DNA of 64,000 nt, taken from positions 46,252,001 to 46,316,000 of the forward strand of contig OX597832.1 of assembly GCA_951406725.2 (NCBI GenBank), in the 5' to 3' direction. The stretch is from Octopus vulgaris (Eukaryota). This document shows, piece by piece, positions 13,226 to 27,088 of this stretch; positions within the stretch are counted from its first letter, which is position 1, and the number at the start of each line of letters is the position of its first letter. Under the pieces are notes generated by a model. That model saw only the letters and a list, made by a program, of their open reading frames with translations, was not told the DNA's origin and did no database searches. The translations under genes and the position numbers were made by a program.

Positions 13226-14016
13226 AAATATTTTACCGTGTCTGTACTTGCAAATAAGTATATGCAGTTGTTAACTTAATAGAAAATAATGCTTTCTCTT
13301 GTTCGCTGACCTAAATATTATATCTGTATATTAAACAATGAAAAAATTATGTATATGATAATAATACTAATAATAATGATAACATAATTTGAATATGGTG
13401 AATTATATTGATTTTTAACTTTGGCACAATGAAATACATTCTAGAAAATTTTTGCTTGTGTAGATTTTGGAGACACGCAACAATATTTTTTAAAAATTCA
13501 TTTCTGAAGAAAGGCAAAATGCCTTTCAAAGATTTGAACACAGGATTTAGAGATATATATGTAAATATAATATTTATTCTTACTTTGTCGAGGGCTCCAA
13601 ATGGTTCTACCATTCAACATCTGAATGGATTCCTTTGTTTTACAGGTGTTAATTCACTCAGTTAATAAATCGTCCTGTACGAGGCAGCGAGCTGGCGGGG
13701 ACGTTAGCACGCCGGGTGGTATTTCGTCTGTCTTTACGTTCTGAGTTCAAATTCCGCCGAGGTCGATTTTGCTTTTCAGAGTTGATAAATTGAATCCCAG
13801 TTGATCTAATCGACTGGCCTCTCCTCCAAAATTTCGGAACTTGTGCCTAGATTAGAAAAGAATGGGTTTTTCAAGCAGGCTGGATTCATTGGCGAAGGGA
13901 ATTTGGAAACAAAAGGTTGTTTCGACTTGGTCGACTTTCTCCAATACACCAGGCAATCACTGAATTTATTGGAAGTCATTTAAAGATACATATTTAGTGA
14001 AAAATAAAGCGCTACA

Positions 14017-14284
14017 CAGTGGAACTTCGTTTTATGAGTTTAATCCGTTTCTGAAGGACTTTCGTCGATCAGATTGTTCGTAAATCCAGACTATTTTTCC
14101 CTAGATGGAAATTCCCGAGAATTTGAGGAGGGAAGTTCAATCTCCCGCTTATTATCCCAGCTTGTCATCAAACGTTCTTGTCGGCCTGCGCATTCGTTAC
14201 TCAGTATATCATTCGTCATCCAAGGAGTATTACATTCGAAAAGTTGTTAGTGATGAGAGACGACTGTAAACCGAGGTTCCACTA
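14017..14284. mobile_element. Tigger/pogo-type MITE (~268 bp)
   Basis: TIRs cagtggaacttcgtttta ... taaaccgaggttccacta followed by TA; CAGT termini typical of pogo/Tigger. Confidence 0.75.
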
Positions 14285-14436
14285 TACACACTTCTCGCTT
14301 TAACAGTTATAGAAAAAAATTAGATCAGCAGAATCATCTCGAAACGGCTATGTCTGGAGAGTGTTTGGAAGATATTGATGCAATATTATCAATGTAAGAG
14401 GCTAAGTGTATGTTTTGAGGATGTGTGGGAAACTCG

Positions 14437-14837
14437 AAAGCGGCGAGCTGGCAGGATCGTTAGCACGCCGAACGAAATGTTTTGTGGTATTTGGTCCGCC
14501 GCTGCTTTCTGAGTTCAAATTCCGCCGGGGTCGACTTTACCTTTCATACTTTCGGGGTCGATTAAATAAGTACGCACTAGGTTCGATATAATCCGTTTGT
14601 CTGTCCTTGTTTGTCCCCTGTGTGTTTAGCCCCTTGTGTGTAGTAAAGAAATAGGTATTTCGTCTGCCGCAACGTTCTGAGTTGAAATTCCGCCGAGGTC
14701 GACTTTACCTTTCATCCTTTCGGGGTCAATCAAATAAGTACCAGTTACGCACTGGGGTCGATGTAATCGACTTAATCCATTTGTCTGTCCTTGTTTGTCC
14801 TCTCTGTGTTTAGCCCCTTGTGGGTAGTAAAGAAATA
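14437..14837 (+). mobile_element. SINE family A dimer
   Basis: Junction gaaata-gg-tatttcg at 14648-14662; 17-bp TSD with 2 mismatches (14420-14436, 14838-14854). Confidence 0.9.
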
Positions 14838-15104
14838 GATGTGTGGGGAATTCGTGTGGAAACATTTTAATTAGAATGGGTGAGAAGACGAGGAGCTACA
14901 CATCATTCGGGAAACCGCAATTAAAGGAAGCATATATAAATCGGAGACATACCAGTATTTTACGTATATTTCTAAAGAATATTCCGTTAAAGTTGTTTTA
15001 GTGCAGTACAGTGAATGGTGTAGCTGATGTCGATGGCAATTAGTATGAATGTGTGTGATTTTCTGTCCTTGTGATATCAAGTTATAGATTTTAGTGACTT
15101 GATC

Positions 15105-15330
15105 CATACTGTGATTTGAAAACGACAGGATGTATGGGTTCCATATTTAAGAGATGACGAATTATGTACAGTATTTACATTATTTATATTTGACGGATAT
15201 TTGTCCTCATCTTGTTTGTTGTTAACACAACGTTTCGGCTAATTTACCCTCCGGCCTTCACCAGGTGTCTTGGGGAAATTTCCGACCTGGGTTCTCATTC
15301 CTAAGGTATTTTTCGATGTTGTTGTTATAA
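15105..15330 (-). mobile_element. Penelope-like remnant with hammerhead motif at 15224-15269, adjoining (ATT)n 15327-15417
   Basis: Minus strand gacac-CTGGTGA-a-ggc..gcc-GAAA-cgt-t-gtgtt: 5-bp stem I, palindromic ACGT stem III, single core change (A6G). Element limits approximate. Confidence 0.6.
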
Positions 15331-15357
15331 TTATTATTATTATTATTATTATTATTA

Positions 15358-15416
<59 letters not shown>

Positions 15417-16329
15417 GTGCAGGTCACAATCTGTATGTTTCTTGTGCCAGATACACGTTTCGTAAAGTGTGGTTGGGCGAACACCTTAAAAAGTAACATA
15501 TCTCCTTAAATCTATTTCACTTGTATTTTGTTGCACAGGAATCAGCTTCATATGATTTTCCCCAAAATTCCGCTCTTGGTGTTTGCGGCGTGAATAGCGG
15601 CGGGTTGTAGATGAATACCTGAGGCAGTATTATGTTTGAAGCAACAAATCTACAGCATATGTACCCCAAATACAAAATAGACAATAAATCAAATAGATAC
15701 ACAGGAACATACTGACAGCATTCATAGAAACTGCATACATAGGATAGAAATAAACGAGAACATTAGCTTACAAGCGATAGATTAAAGCACAAATGAATGC
15801 AACAATGCTTTCTGAACTGCTGAATTCTCCGCAACAAACTGCAATAAATTACAGAGAACATAGAAGTGCAATTCCCCACAAACCATATCTGCATCAGATA
15901 TGCATCAACATGTTGTGTACACATAGAGAAATCTGCTTTCTCTAGAGCCTCATTAGCACAATTTTGAGAAGGACATCGCCATTGGCTAGTGCAACCTAAC
16001 AATTGCTAATCCACAAATCCATAACCTCTTTAATGGAGATTTGTTACGGACACCACCGACATATGTAGGAATATGTCCTGATGCTGAGAATACTATTTAT
16101 CAAAACTAACATATTCCATGAGCTACAATCTATTCATCTCTGCATTTCGGAATGCCCTATATTGCTCTGGACAAGAAATTGGTAAGGTGTATCCAAATTA
16201 AGGCATGTGAGTTTTTATGCATCGTTCGGTGTAAAGTTTACCATAGGTTGTCTATAACACAGCTCACCGACTGATAGCAAATAATAATACGATATTCACA
16301 AAATTACGAATCGTGTGTTTTATTTCCCC

Positions 16330-16543
16330 ACTCTTTTACTCTTTTACTCTTTTATTTGTTTCAGTCATTTGACTGCGGCCATGCTGGAGCACCGCCTTTT
16401 TAGTCGAGCAAATCAACCCCGGGACTTCTTCTTTTTGTAAGCCCAGTACTTATTCTATCGGTCACTTTTGCCGAACCGCTAAGTGACGGGGACGTAAACA
16501 CACCAGCATCGGTTGTCAAGCAATGCTAGGGGGACAAACACAG

Positions 16544-16598
<55 letters not shown>

Positions 16599-16757
16599 TA
16601 CGATGGGCTTCTTTCAGTTTCCGTCTACCAAATCCACTCACAAGGCATTGGTCGGCCCGGGGCTATAGCAGAAGACACTTGCCCAAGATGCCACGCAGCG
16701 GGACTGAACCCGGAACCATGTAGTTGGTTAGCAAGCTACTTACCACACAGCCACTCC
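16330..16757 (-). mobile_element. SINE family B, near full length
   Basis: Reverse-complement family match, (GTAAAAGA)n tail. Confidence 0.92.
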
Positions 16758-17327
16758 ACCACTGTCTATATATTCAATATTTCAGGCATTGCAAGTAAAG
16801 CATTCAAATGAACTTGATTCATAAACACTATATTCATTTCGTATTTGAGCTCCAAACAGATCCAAGAAGAGAAATTAACTCATTGAAAGCAAATCTCAAA
16901 ATATGTAACGCATATATGTTATGGAACGGAAAGCACGTCATTAAAAAAAACTAAAGTCTATTTTCGAACCGTAATTGTTTTCATTAAAACCAGCGATAGC
17001 GTATCTAATTTGATTATTCAATTTTTGGCAAAATTTAGGATTTTACGTAATTTATTTTGTTAGTTGGATCCTAATCCAAGTTTAGCGGTATCAAGTAGAC
17101 CAAACAGTAAACTTTCCTGTTGTAATCATGTTTCTGAATCTCAAGTTGATAGTTAATTGAATAGATTAAATTAATTATGTTTACTCGCCCGACACATCGT
17201 TTGTTCCACGGTCTGAATCCAAACTCTTACATTTCAATTTTTATTAAAATTCTAATATATCACGAATGATATGGCGGAATAATTTCAATTAACTTTACAG
17301 CTAACACATATATATATATATAGATAC

Positions 17328-17393
<66 letters not shown>

Positions 17394-18006
17394 AACATAT
17401 ATTAAAAAGCAAAAACGGTGAATGAAATCTGAAACTGAAACCTCTGCTGGATACATACACATTAAAAAGTTGTGACTGATGTTTTCTGATATAATACACA
17501 GATACCAAATACCTCGTTGCGCATAAACACAAATCTGGAAACAGCATAGATAATTGAACAATTATCTGTAATCCAGCCTTCCATCGACAGTTTGCTGAGA
17601 TGCATGCCGCCAATTGTAACTGTGGTGAAATAGCATCTCTCTCCAAACTTAGTTTCATACATATTTGTCTTAGAAAGATTTATGTGACAATACGGAAATT
17701 CTGGGTTCAGCCAGGCACGTGAACGCTTGTCTTATAAAAAAAAAAAAAACTAAATTTGCTAATGGATTCTGATGGATTTTATAAATCATATTAAGTCAGT
17801 AATTACTGGCAGCAAAATTATTAGTTATTCTGTTGTATCATACATAATGAAATTCTGCATACATTGGACGCAATTTATTAGATCTTACTCAGCAACTTAG
17901 CGTCATTTCTCTTCTAGACGACTATCGAATTATTTATTTGTATTAACTATCTTATGACATTTCATCAATCAGCGTCAGAATGTAATCACAAACTACTTAA
18001 CTTATA

Positions 18007-18481
18007 GGATCTTTTCGATTTGAACGGCAGTTTTTTCTAGCGGTGTCATATGAAATTGTCACCCATAATTATGACCCTATTATCGATCTATTGCATTTCA
18101 ATCTGTGTTAGGGTTACGGTTAGTTTGGGTTAGCTAGGTTTAGTTAGTGTTAGTTAGGGTTAGAGTTAGGGTAGGGTTCGGGATGAGGGGAATGTTATCA
18201 TTTTTTCTTCACAAATGTAAAGAAACCCAATCTGTTTCTTAAACGAGGGACATATTCATACGGCACAGAATGTTTTCACCTCAATAGACGGTCATTGAAT
18301 GGTTGAAATTGCAGAAATTGAAGAAAAAACCCAACAAATATCTTACAAACCATAGAATTTTCTCAATAAAGCCAAGAGAAAAAGATGATTTACAAACACA
18401 TTCTACCAGTATACGGAGTTTAAAATTTTTTAGTTACATGGAAATTATTTTACAAAACTGCCGTTCAAACCGAAAAGATCC
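18007..18481. mobile_element. Non-autonomous TIR element with internal TTAGGG-like repeats, copy 1
   Basis: 28-bp TIR ggatcttttcg(a/g)tttgaacggcagtttt; 8-bp TSD aacttata; second copy at 37959-38385. Confidence 0.92.
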
Positions 18482-18886
18482 AACTTATATATACAAGAGA
18501 ACAAAAGTTTACTTTTCATTGTTCCTTTTTCCTCTGCTGTCAAACGTTAATACCTTTTGAACTGAGACATTATTGTACCGCATTGTGGATTTTGACTGTA
18601 TCCATCACCCTACCAATTTGACAATAGCTGTTGGCTGTTGAACGAAAAATATCAGTTCTTTTGAGAATTAGTACCTCCTTACGTGTATGTTAACAGACAC
18701 TACAATATATAATGAAGTACAAACTTTTATATCAATTTTGCTGTTCTAAGCTGCCACGAAACCAGAATCGTTAGAAGGTTAAAAAAATTGCATGTGGCGA
18801 GATTTCAGACGCATTGAGTTCTGAGCTGCAAACCTGTCCAGGTCAACTTTTCCTTTCGTTCTTTTAGGATTCTTAAAAGGAGGAAT

Positions 18887-19325
18887 TACAGCCGTGTTTC
18901 GTGGTCTGCTACTACAACTGCTCCTTTTAGCTCAAGACATCATCAGGAGGAACCACGTCCGGTTTCGGCCCCCTAGTCCGCTTCCGTTTGGACGTGGCGC
19001 ACCCGCTCCACTTTCGGAGGTGTCTTCAGCTCTGGTGTTGGTTGCCTGTCTTCTTTCTTCTGTTTCCTGATATCTTCGATGTATCCTCAGCGAGTGTCAG
19101 CCGCTAACTGACTGACTTTACAAATATTCCCCTTTAAATACCTTTTGCAAGGCTCCAGCAGGCAGCACCAGCACGTGACACTCTCTCACCTTAACTGACT
19201 AGTGAAGGCGCGTAGTTTTAGCCCGCGCATTCTGTAAACGACCGTCACCTGTCAGTCAGCGAAGCTGATTCAATGTCCGCTTATCTCACCTGCTGCAGCC
19301 AATGAAATGATTTCATCACTTCCCT
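18887..19325 (-). mobile_element. GC-rich Penelope/retrozyme-like terminal repeat with two tandem hammerhead-like motifs
   Basis: Minus-strand CTGAAGA (19029-19023)...GAAA (18966-18963) and CTGATGA (18946-18940)...GAAA (18900-18897), each with a stem III; TATTTAAA upstream at 19140-19133. Confidence 0.55.
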
Positions 19326-19571
19326 GGAAGGGAATCGTTAGCACACCGGGTAAAACGTTAGCGGCACTTCATCTGAGCTGTAATTCCGCCGAGGTAGTCT
19401 TTGGGTTTCATCGTTTCGGTATCCATAAAATAGTATCATTTGATCCCTGGGGTCCATGTAAACGATTTACCCCCTCCTCTAAAATGATTGTCCTTGTGCC
19501 AAAATTTGAAACCAATGTCGCGATAAGTTTCGTATTATTTTTGGACATAGTATTGCTGTTTTTTTTTTTCT

Positions 19572-19713
19572 TTCTTGCCAGCTGAGCGGATTGGAGCAAC
19601 GTGAAATGAAGTGTTTTGCTCAAGAACACAACGCGTCGCCCGGTCCATGAATCGAAACCACAATCTTACGATCATGGTGCTGACACCCTAACCACTAATC
19701 CATGCGCCTCCAC
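19572..19713 (-). mobile_element. SINE family D head
   Basis: gtggaggcgcatggattagtggttag (A box) ... ggtttcgattc (B box) ... gtgttcttgagcaaaac. Confidence 0.8.
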
Positions 19714-20220
19714 GCATTCCTTTAATACCAACTTTGAATCTCATCCAGCAGTCCTTTAATGCAATTCGGCTTTGGCAGTTACACATCAAAACGAATCCCC
19801 ACCCCTTTTTGTTCCTGTAATAGTTTTCAAGCGATACGTTTGTACAGAGCTATAAACCAATGAGTGCACACGTGAATCCGTCGAGGATATTTTTCACAAC
19901 CATCGTTCTAATTATAATGGTTTTATTCGTCGATATTATCACAGATGGCATTGCTGTTGTTAATGCAGATATAATAACACAAATCTGCAATACTAGCATG
20001 GATCTCCAATATAAGATGCCCATGATATTGAATAATAAGTTTTTAGTTTGGGTGTATGTTTGTTACTGTAAATAGTATAATGATTGATTTTATTTGAGAT
20101 GTTCCAAATGCCATAGGACATTTTCGTGTTGCTTGTTTTCTACCAATAACTATTAATGTGATCATATAAATTTTAAGGAAAGAAATTCCAGTAAGTGACA
20201 AGTTATGTATGCATATTTAT

Positions 20221-20427
<207 letters not shown>

Positions 20428-20429
20428 TA

Positions 20430-20467
<38 letters not shown>

Positions 20468-20644
20468 ATAAATGTGGGTGTGTGTATGTGTGTATGTATT
20501 ATATGCATTTGTAACACTTATTATGCACTCCTTGACTTACTTGATAAGAATAATGTAAGAAATCTTATATATGCTACAGGAAGGATATAAGATGTTCCAC
20601 GACGTATGTGGCACCCCCAAAACAATGACAACAACACCAACAAC

Positions 20645-20676
20645 AAAATAACAATAATAATTATAATGATAATAAC

Positions 20677-20709
<33 letters not shown>

Positions 20710-20787
20710 AATAATAATGATAATAATGATAATAATAATAATAATAATGATAATAATAATAATAATAATAATGATAATAATAATAAC

Positions 20788-20820
<33 letters not shown>

Positions 20821-20839
20821 AATAATAATGATAATAATG

Positions 20840-20882
<43 letters not shown>

Positions 20883-20908
20883 TAATAATAATAACAATAA
20901 TAATAATA

Positions 20909-20939
<31 letters not shown>

Positions 20940-20947
20940 TAATAATG

Positions 20948-21000
<53 letters not shown>
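20645..21000. repeat. (TAA)n/(TGA) microsatellite upstream of the Dong-like element; (TAA)n resumes 21892-21978
   Basis: Direct reading. Confidence 0.97.
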
Positions 21001-21001
<1 letters not shown>

Positions 21002-21890
21002 GCCGCTGGCTTAAAATCTGAAACAGAGGGGTTTATCATAGCAGCTCAAGATCAATGCCTACCAACAAAAAACTACCAGGCCAACATATTAAAGATCAGA
21101 AGCAGTCCAACGTGTCGTGTATGCAAGCAACAAAATGAAACCATTGACCATGTGGTCTCCAAGTGCAGTCTTCTAGCGCCTACAGAGTATCTCAACAGGC
21201 ACGATAGAGCTGCACAATATATTCACTGGGTAATCTGTAAAAACCTGGATTTGCCCCATGAAAAAAACTGGTGGGAACACAAACCAGCCCCAGTGCTTGA
21301 AAATGACCACATCTCACTCCTCTGGAACTTCACCATTCAAACTGACAGGAAGATAGATGCAAATAGGCCAGACATCATATTGAAAGACTTCAAACAAAGA
21401 ACATGCCTCCTCATTGATATGACTGTCCCAATCGATATAAATGTATCTGTCAAGACCTACCAAAAAACTGAGCAAATATAAAGATCTTGAAATAGAAATC
21501 AGCAAAATGTGGAAGCTGAAGACTAAAACAATACCTGTTGTCATAGGTGCCCTGGGAATGATAGCAAAAGGGGCTGATAGCTACCTAACTCAGATACCAG
21601 GAAACCCAAAAATGGCAGAAGTTCAAAAGATAGTGCTCATGGGAACTGCTCATATCCTACGCAAAATACTCTCTATGTAATCTCAAGGTTTAAAACAAAC
21701 ATAATTTTCGGTTTAAAAAAAAAAAAAAAACTTTTTTTTTTAGACATTCATTAGTACAACATCCCCACCCCCCAAATATATGGCACACTAGGCATAACAA
21801 CAACATGAACCTCCAACCCTGTTGTCTCTTGAGGTCTCTGGGTGAGACTTGGAGCCAACTTGTACAAATATAAAGCAAAAGTCAAACATA

Positions 21891-21891
<1 letters not shown>
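21001..21891 (+). mobile_element. 5'-truncated R4/Dong-clade non-LTR retrotransposon (CCHC finger + restriction-like endonuclease), one frameshift
   Basis: ETEGFIIAAQDQ, CRVC..ETIDHVVSKC, RHD, NRPDII..LIDMTVP, then after a +1 A at 21462-21467 KLSKYKDL..PVVIGALG..GTAHILRKILSM* (stop 21680); (TAA)n on both sides, the known Dong target. Confidence 0.93.
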
Positions 21892-21979
<88 letters not shown>

Positions 21980-22071
21980 GTCTTAGAAATAATTCAGAAA
22001 TAAATTCAAATATGGTACGAATATATATGCGTTTATATATTCAATATCTTACAAAAACATGCATGTACGTA

Positions 22072-22106
<35 letters not shown>

Positions 22107-22876
22107 ACACACACATACACAGAGAGGCACACACACACACATACACAGAGAGGCACACACACACACACAATCACACATGTATATATATGTACGAGAGAGT
22201 GTTATCCGGGCGTATATGTGAATGAAGAAATAAATGTATGAACATATATTATTTGTTAATAAATAGGTATATTTATGCACGACTATCCGAATAGTCCCAT
22301 GAAGATTGATACATAACTAATGAAATAAGGAAAAGATTATCACCAAATGGAATGCTGCCATTGTTCCACAAGCATAGTGCTTTCTGTAGCAGCTTCAAAG
22401 CAGAAATCTATACAATTGCATAACCATTAGACAATGATATAGAATAGCATACAAGGAAATTTCCATGATATATTGCAATTATATTAACAGTTATAATCGG
22501 AGGAAAAACATTTTCCATAGAAAGCATTCTATAAGAATCTTGTAAATATTTAATAATAATTATATGCGACAGATAATAAAGCTGTTTAAGTGAACAACTG
22601 CAGATGTTTTCTTAAAGTTATGCCTGTGGTATTTTGCTCTTCAAAACATCGTGGCTGGTGTAAGATTATTTCTTCGTCGTATGAAAAAACATTAAAAGAT
22701 AAATATTCAGAAGAATAAAAACCAGGATCTCTCAGAAATATGCTCTAACAAAATATAAAAAGAAGAAATTCGCAAAAAAAGGTGTGGAATCATACGAACG
22801 CGCACACACATAAATTTTCTCATGTCTATTTGTGCATGAGTGCATCTGTGTTTGTCAGAAGTACATATATATAAGT

Positions 22877-22910
<34 letters not shown>

Positions 22911-23007
22911 ACACACATACAATGTGTGTAAGAATACATATACATGTATATATGCATATGAAAATAATTGTATGCTGGTAGGTGTGTGTGTTTGCGTATA
23001 TGTATAC

Positions 23008-23068
<61 letters not shown>

Positions 23069-23876
23069 TATATATGTATATATGTGTGTGTGTGTGTGTG
23101 TACGTCACATACATCAACACACTCACACATATGAGGTGAGTATAAATTATTGATTATATGCTAGATTCTCTGAGTTCTATGACTTAATTAGTGTTTAATT
23201 AGACATTCATTAGGTATATATATATATTTTTTATTGAACATGATTTTTATACGTTGCTGTTTTGTAAACATTTGAGATACAACTTCTGTTAGGGCATTAC
23301 GAATACACACACACGCACACACAAGCATCTTATGTGATATATATATAAATATTAATGGACTAAAATAATTCACTGCTCTTCGTATGTTCATTGGGAAAAA
23401 ATATATGAAGCGATATAATCAAGGTGGTGGTTGTGAACCCTGCTGTACTCTTTAACCACAACCTTCTCTCACTCTTTCTTCCTGTTTCTGTTGTACCTGT
23501 TTTCTTTGTGCAAACAGTCCTGGCCTCAAATGTATTATACTTTTTTTCTTTCGACGTCAATGTATTTCATTGCTAAGAAAACACTATTTCGATAAATTCT
23601 ATGCATGCAGAGACGCATGTGAACCACAAGTGTCCTCTTGTTTTTACCTAAATGGGATGCCAGTTTTGAGGGGAGATATATTCTTGCAAATATCGCGTTT
23701 TGTAATTCGAAATTGGTTGGAATTTCCATTAAGTGATGTGAAGGAAACAATTTTGCTGGGACTTGAAATAATTTCTATAAACCAAGAATTTATCGTTAAT
23801 ATATTCATTAGTGCCTTTGATGTACAAAGAGGCACAACCGATCACACTTGTTTTCCTTAGTTCATTATTGACGCTT

Positions 23877-24270
<394 letters not shown>

Positions 24271-25136
24271 ATCTATCTAGCTGCTTAGATATCCACTCAT
24301 ATATGTGTGTATATATTTAAAGAGTCACTCACATACACGCACACAAACATCCATACCCACACACACATAAATTAATGAAAAATTCGTATGTGGACGATAT
24401 AGATATCTCCCCAATAATGATACTAATTACCCAAGATAATATGAAAGGCAGTAAAGACACACGCACTCACACACACACACACACACGCACACACACACAC
24501 AATCATATATAAATGGATGCGAAATACGTAAGCACTATATATGTACACGATATTGATATCTCCACAATAATGATGCTAATTACCTAAGATCATATGAAAT
24601 GCAATTGATATTAAAAAACAAGAACTCAAGAATATGGAAGCATATTTATACTCACGCTAATTTTCTTTAATTGTATTTTTGAAACACACAAATATGTCCA
24701 TTAGCAGTGGGCTTGTTTTCATTTGCGTAAATAAAATTAATATTGATTTCAAAATTTGGCACTAGGCCAGCAACTTCGGGGGATATACAAAGATTTGATA
24801 AACTAATCTATAATTTAAAACTGACCCCATAAAACAGTGACAAGCAAAATCTGTAACAAGTCTTTCTTCTTGATATATTACTAGTTTCGAAGCTGAAGTG
24901 AAGACAACATGTTCTCTGTCTGTCTCCTTACCTTCTTGGAGATTTTAGGCAAAATTATACTAATGTGTCCATCTGTTTTAATTTAATTAAATTCTATGTC
25001 TTTCTGCAGCTGAGGATTGCTCTACATTTAAATTGATGTAATGATTGGATTGTTCAATTAAATGGAGTTGCTTGAAACGGGTGTACTGTATTACTTCTTG
25101 ATATCCTTGTTGCTTATTATGAATATATGTATGTAT

Positions 25137-25179
<43 letters not shown>

Positions 25180-25189
25180 TTATTTATTT

Positions 25190-26399
25190 CGCAAATAGGT
25201 GGAGTTACAATCTTCTGAATGACTTTTCTGAATGTTATTATTTTCTCCTTCTGATTTGATAGCCGTTAATTTTAACGTGCTTTAGAAGCAAATTGCACGT
25301 AACTTTGCTTGCAGCTGTAACGGCAGCGTGCAATATTTTGCTTTTTTCCGTAAAGGCAAGAAGGTTGCTGAGGCTCAGAAAGAGATGTGTGAACTTTGTG
25401 GTGTTGATTGCTTAACAGAACGCACATTTCAGAAATAGTTTTAAAAATTCCTTTCTGGAGATTTTTTCACTGGAAGATGACCAACGCTCTGGTCGACCTA
25501 CCAAGGTTGAGGATAACCGAATGAAAGCCATAATTGAATCTTATTGTTATATAATTGTCCGAGAGATTACAGAGAGGGTAAATATGTCACACACGATAAA
25601 TAATAATAACTTTAACATGTCTTGGACTCGTTAAGAAGCTTGATATTTCAGTTCCACAGGAATAGAAAGAGGATTACGTAACACTACGAATCATTATTTG
25701 CGATATTTGCATCTCAAACGCAACGAAATCGACCTTGTTTTTTTTAAACGAATCATCACTGTTGATGAAAAGCCGATTGTCTATAATAACATCAATTGAA
25801 AACGTGCATGATCCAAGCGTAATGAACCAGTACAAAGCACAATGAAAGCTGAATTGTATAAAAAAACTGGTCATGCTGTCAATTTGGTGTAATTACAAAG
25901 GTAAGCATTTTGAGCTGTTTCCAAGGTAGCAAACGATCTATTGAGATCTAATGAAACTGGAGGAAGGAATCAAAGAAAAACGGCAAGAATTGGCCAATCG
26001 TAAAGGAATCGTGTTCCGCCATGACAACATGAAACCTCACACATGTGTTTGCTAACTCGTTGAAAATTATTGGAGCTTGATTAGGAAGTGGTGACACATC
26101 CACCATATAACCCTGACCGTGCACCATCAGGATTACCATTTACTTTGATGTTTGCAAAATTCTTTGAATGGTAAACCTTTCAATATTGATGACACCCGAA
26201 ATCACACTTGCTTCTATTTATGGCTGATAAGGTTCAGAAGTTTTATGAGCTCGGAATCATGATGTTGCCAGAAAGATGGCAAAATATCATCGAACAAAAC
26301 CGAATCTATGTAATTGATTAAAGTTCATTCTTTGAATGGAAAAAGAAAATTATTTTATTTCACGCTAAAACACCAAAATTACTTTCTCGCCTACCCAAT
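25190..26399 (+). pseudogene. Degenerate mariner (DD34D) transposon
   Basis: Broken frames give FFRKGKKVAEAQKEMCE, SLEDDQRSGRP, RIITVDEK, GIVFRHDNMKPH, HPPYNPDRAPS, LPERWQNIIEQN; right TIR aaattactttctcgcctacccaat; left TIR not seen. Confidence 0.9.
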
Positions 26400-26735
26400 T
26401 TATGTGTGAGTGTGTCTATATATATTCGTAAACGTCTAACGATTGAAGTGAGTGCTCAACACCGCGTTGGTGAATAAAATTGGTGGTGTCCGTCATCCCC
26501 TTCCCTCACGATTGCTAGATTAATGTCTAAATTACCATCAGCTATAGTTTACAGTCGTCAGTCATTGTCGACTCTAATTGCTGTAATCAAATTTCAAAGT
26601 GTATATTCGTTAAGAATGATGACAATGCATTCGGAACATCACGAACTTTAGTATATTCGTTGACATGGATGCTCGTATCAAATATTTAAATGCGATACGT
26701 CTATCGGTTTTTCTGTAAGTGTGAATCTCACCTTG

Positions 26736-26918
26736 TCTTCTGCTCTGGAAGCCATCTGCTCGCGATACCAGAGGGCGCACACTCTCCTACCCTGATGTAA
26801 TCTCCTGAGATACAGGCATCCAGCAACAGGACCTCCGTAATGCTATGATGGACCGTGAAGTCTGGCTTAACATAGTAAATTCCATTGTCTCGACCACGGT
26901 CGAACAATGATGATGATC
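26736..26918 (+). mobile_element. 3' fragment of RTE-clade LINE
   Basis: LLLWKPSARDTRGRTLSYPDVIS*DTG...LRNAMMDREVW...* followed by (TGA)n tail. Confidence 0.75.
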
Positions 26919-27088
26919 ATTGATGTACACTTATATAGAAGTTTTGTATATTTTAAATAAAGGATATGAAATGATATAGGCATAGGGACGTGACTAGAGA
27001 TAAATTTACACCCATGAAGATTTTAATTATCATTGTCTGAGTGCTTATATCGTCGAATAGATAACACATATAGGTGAAATTTCATAGT

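Noticed and set aside
19052-19092. Third hammerhead (CTGAGGA...GAAA on minus strand)
   Set aside because: No stem III or stem I can be formed.
20606-21000. Poly-Ile/Met N-terminus of the 291-aa ORF
   Set aside because: Read-through of (TAA)n into the truncated retrotransposon; not a real fusion protein.
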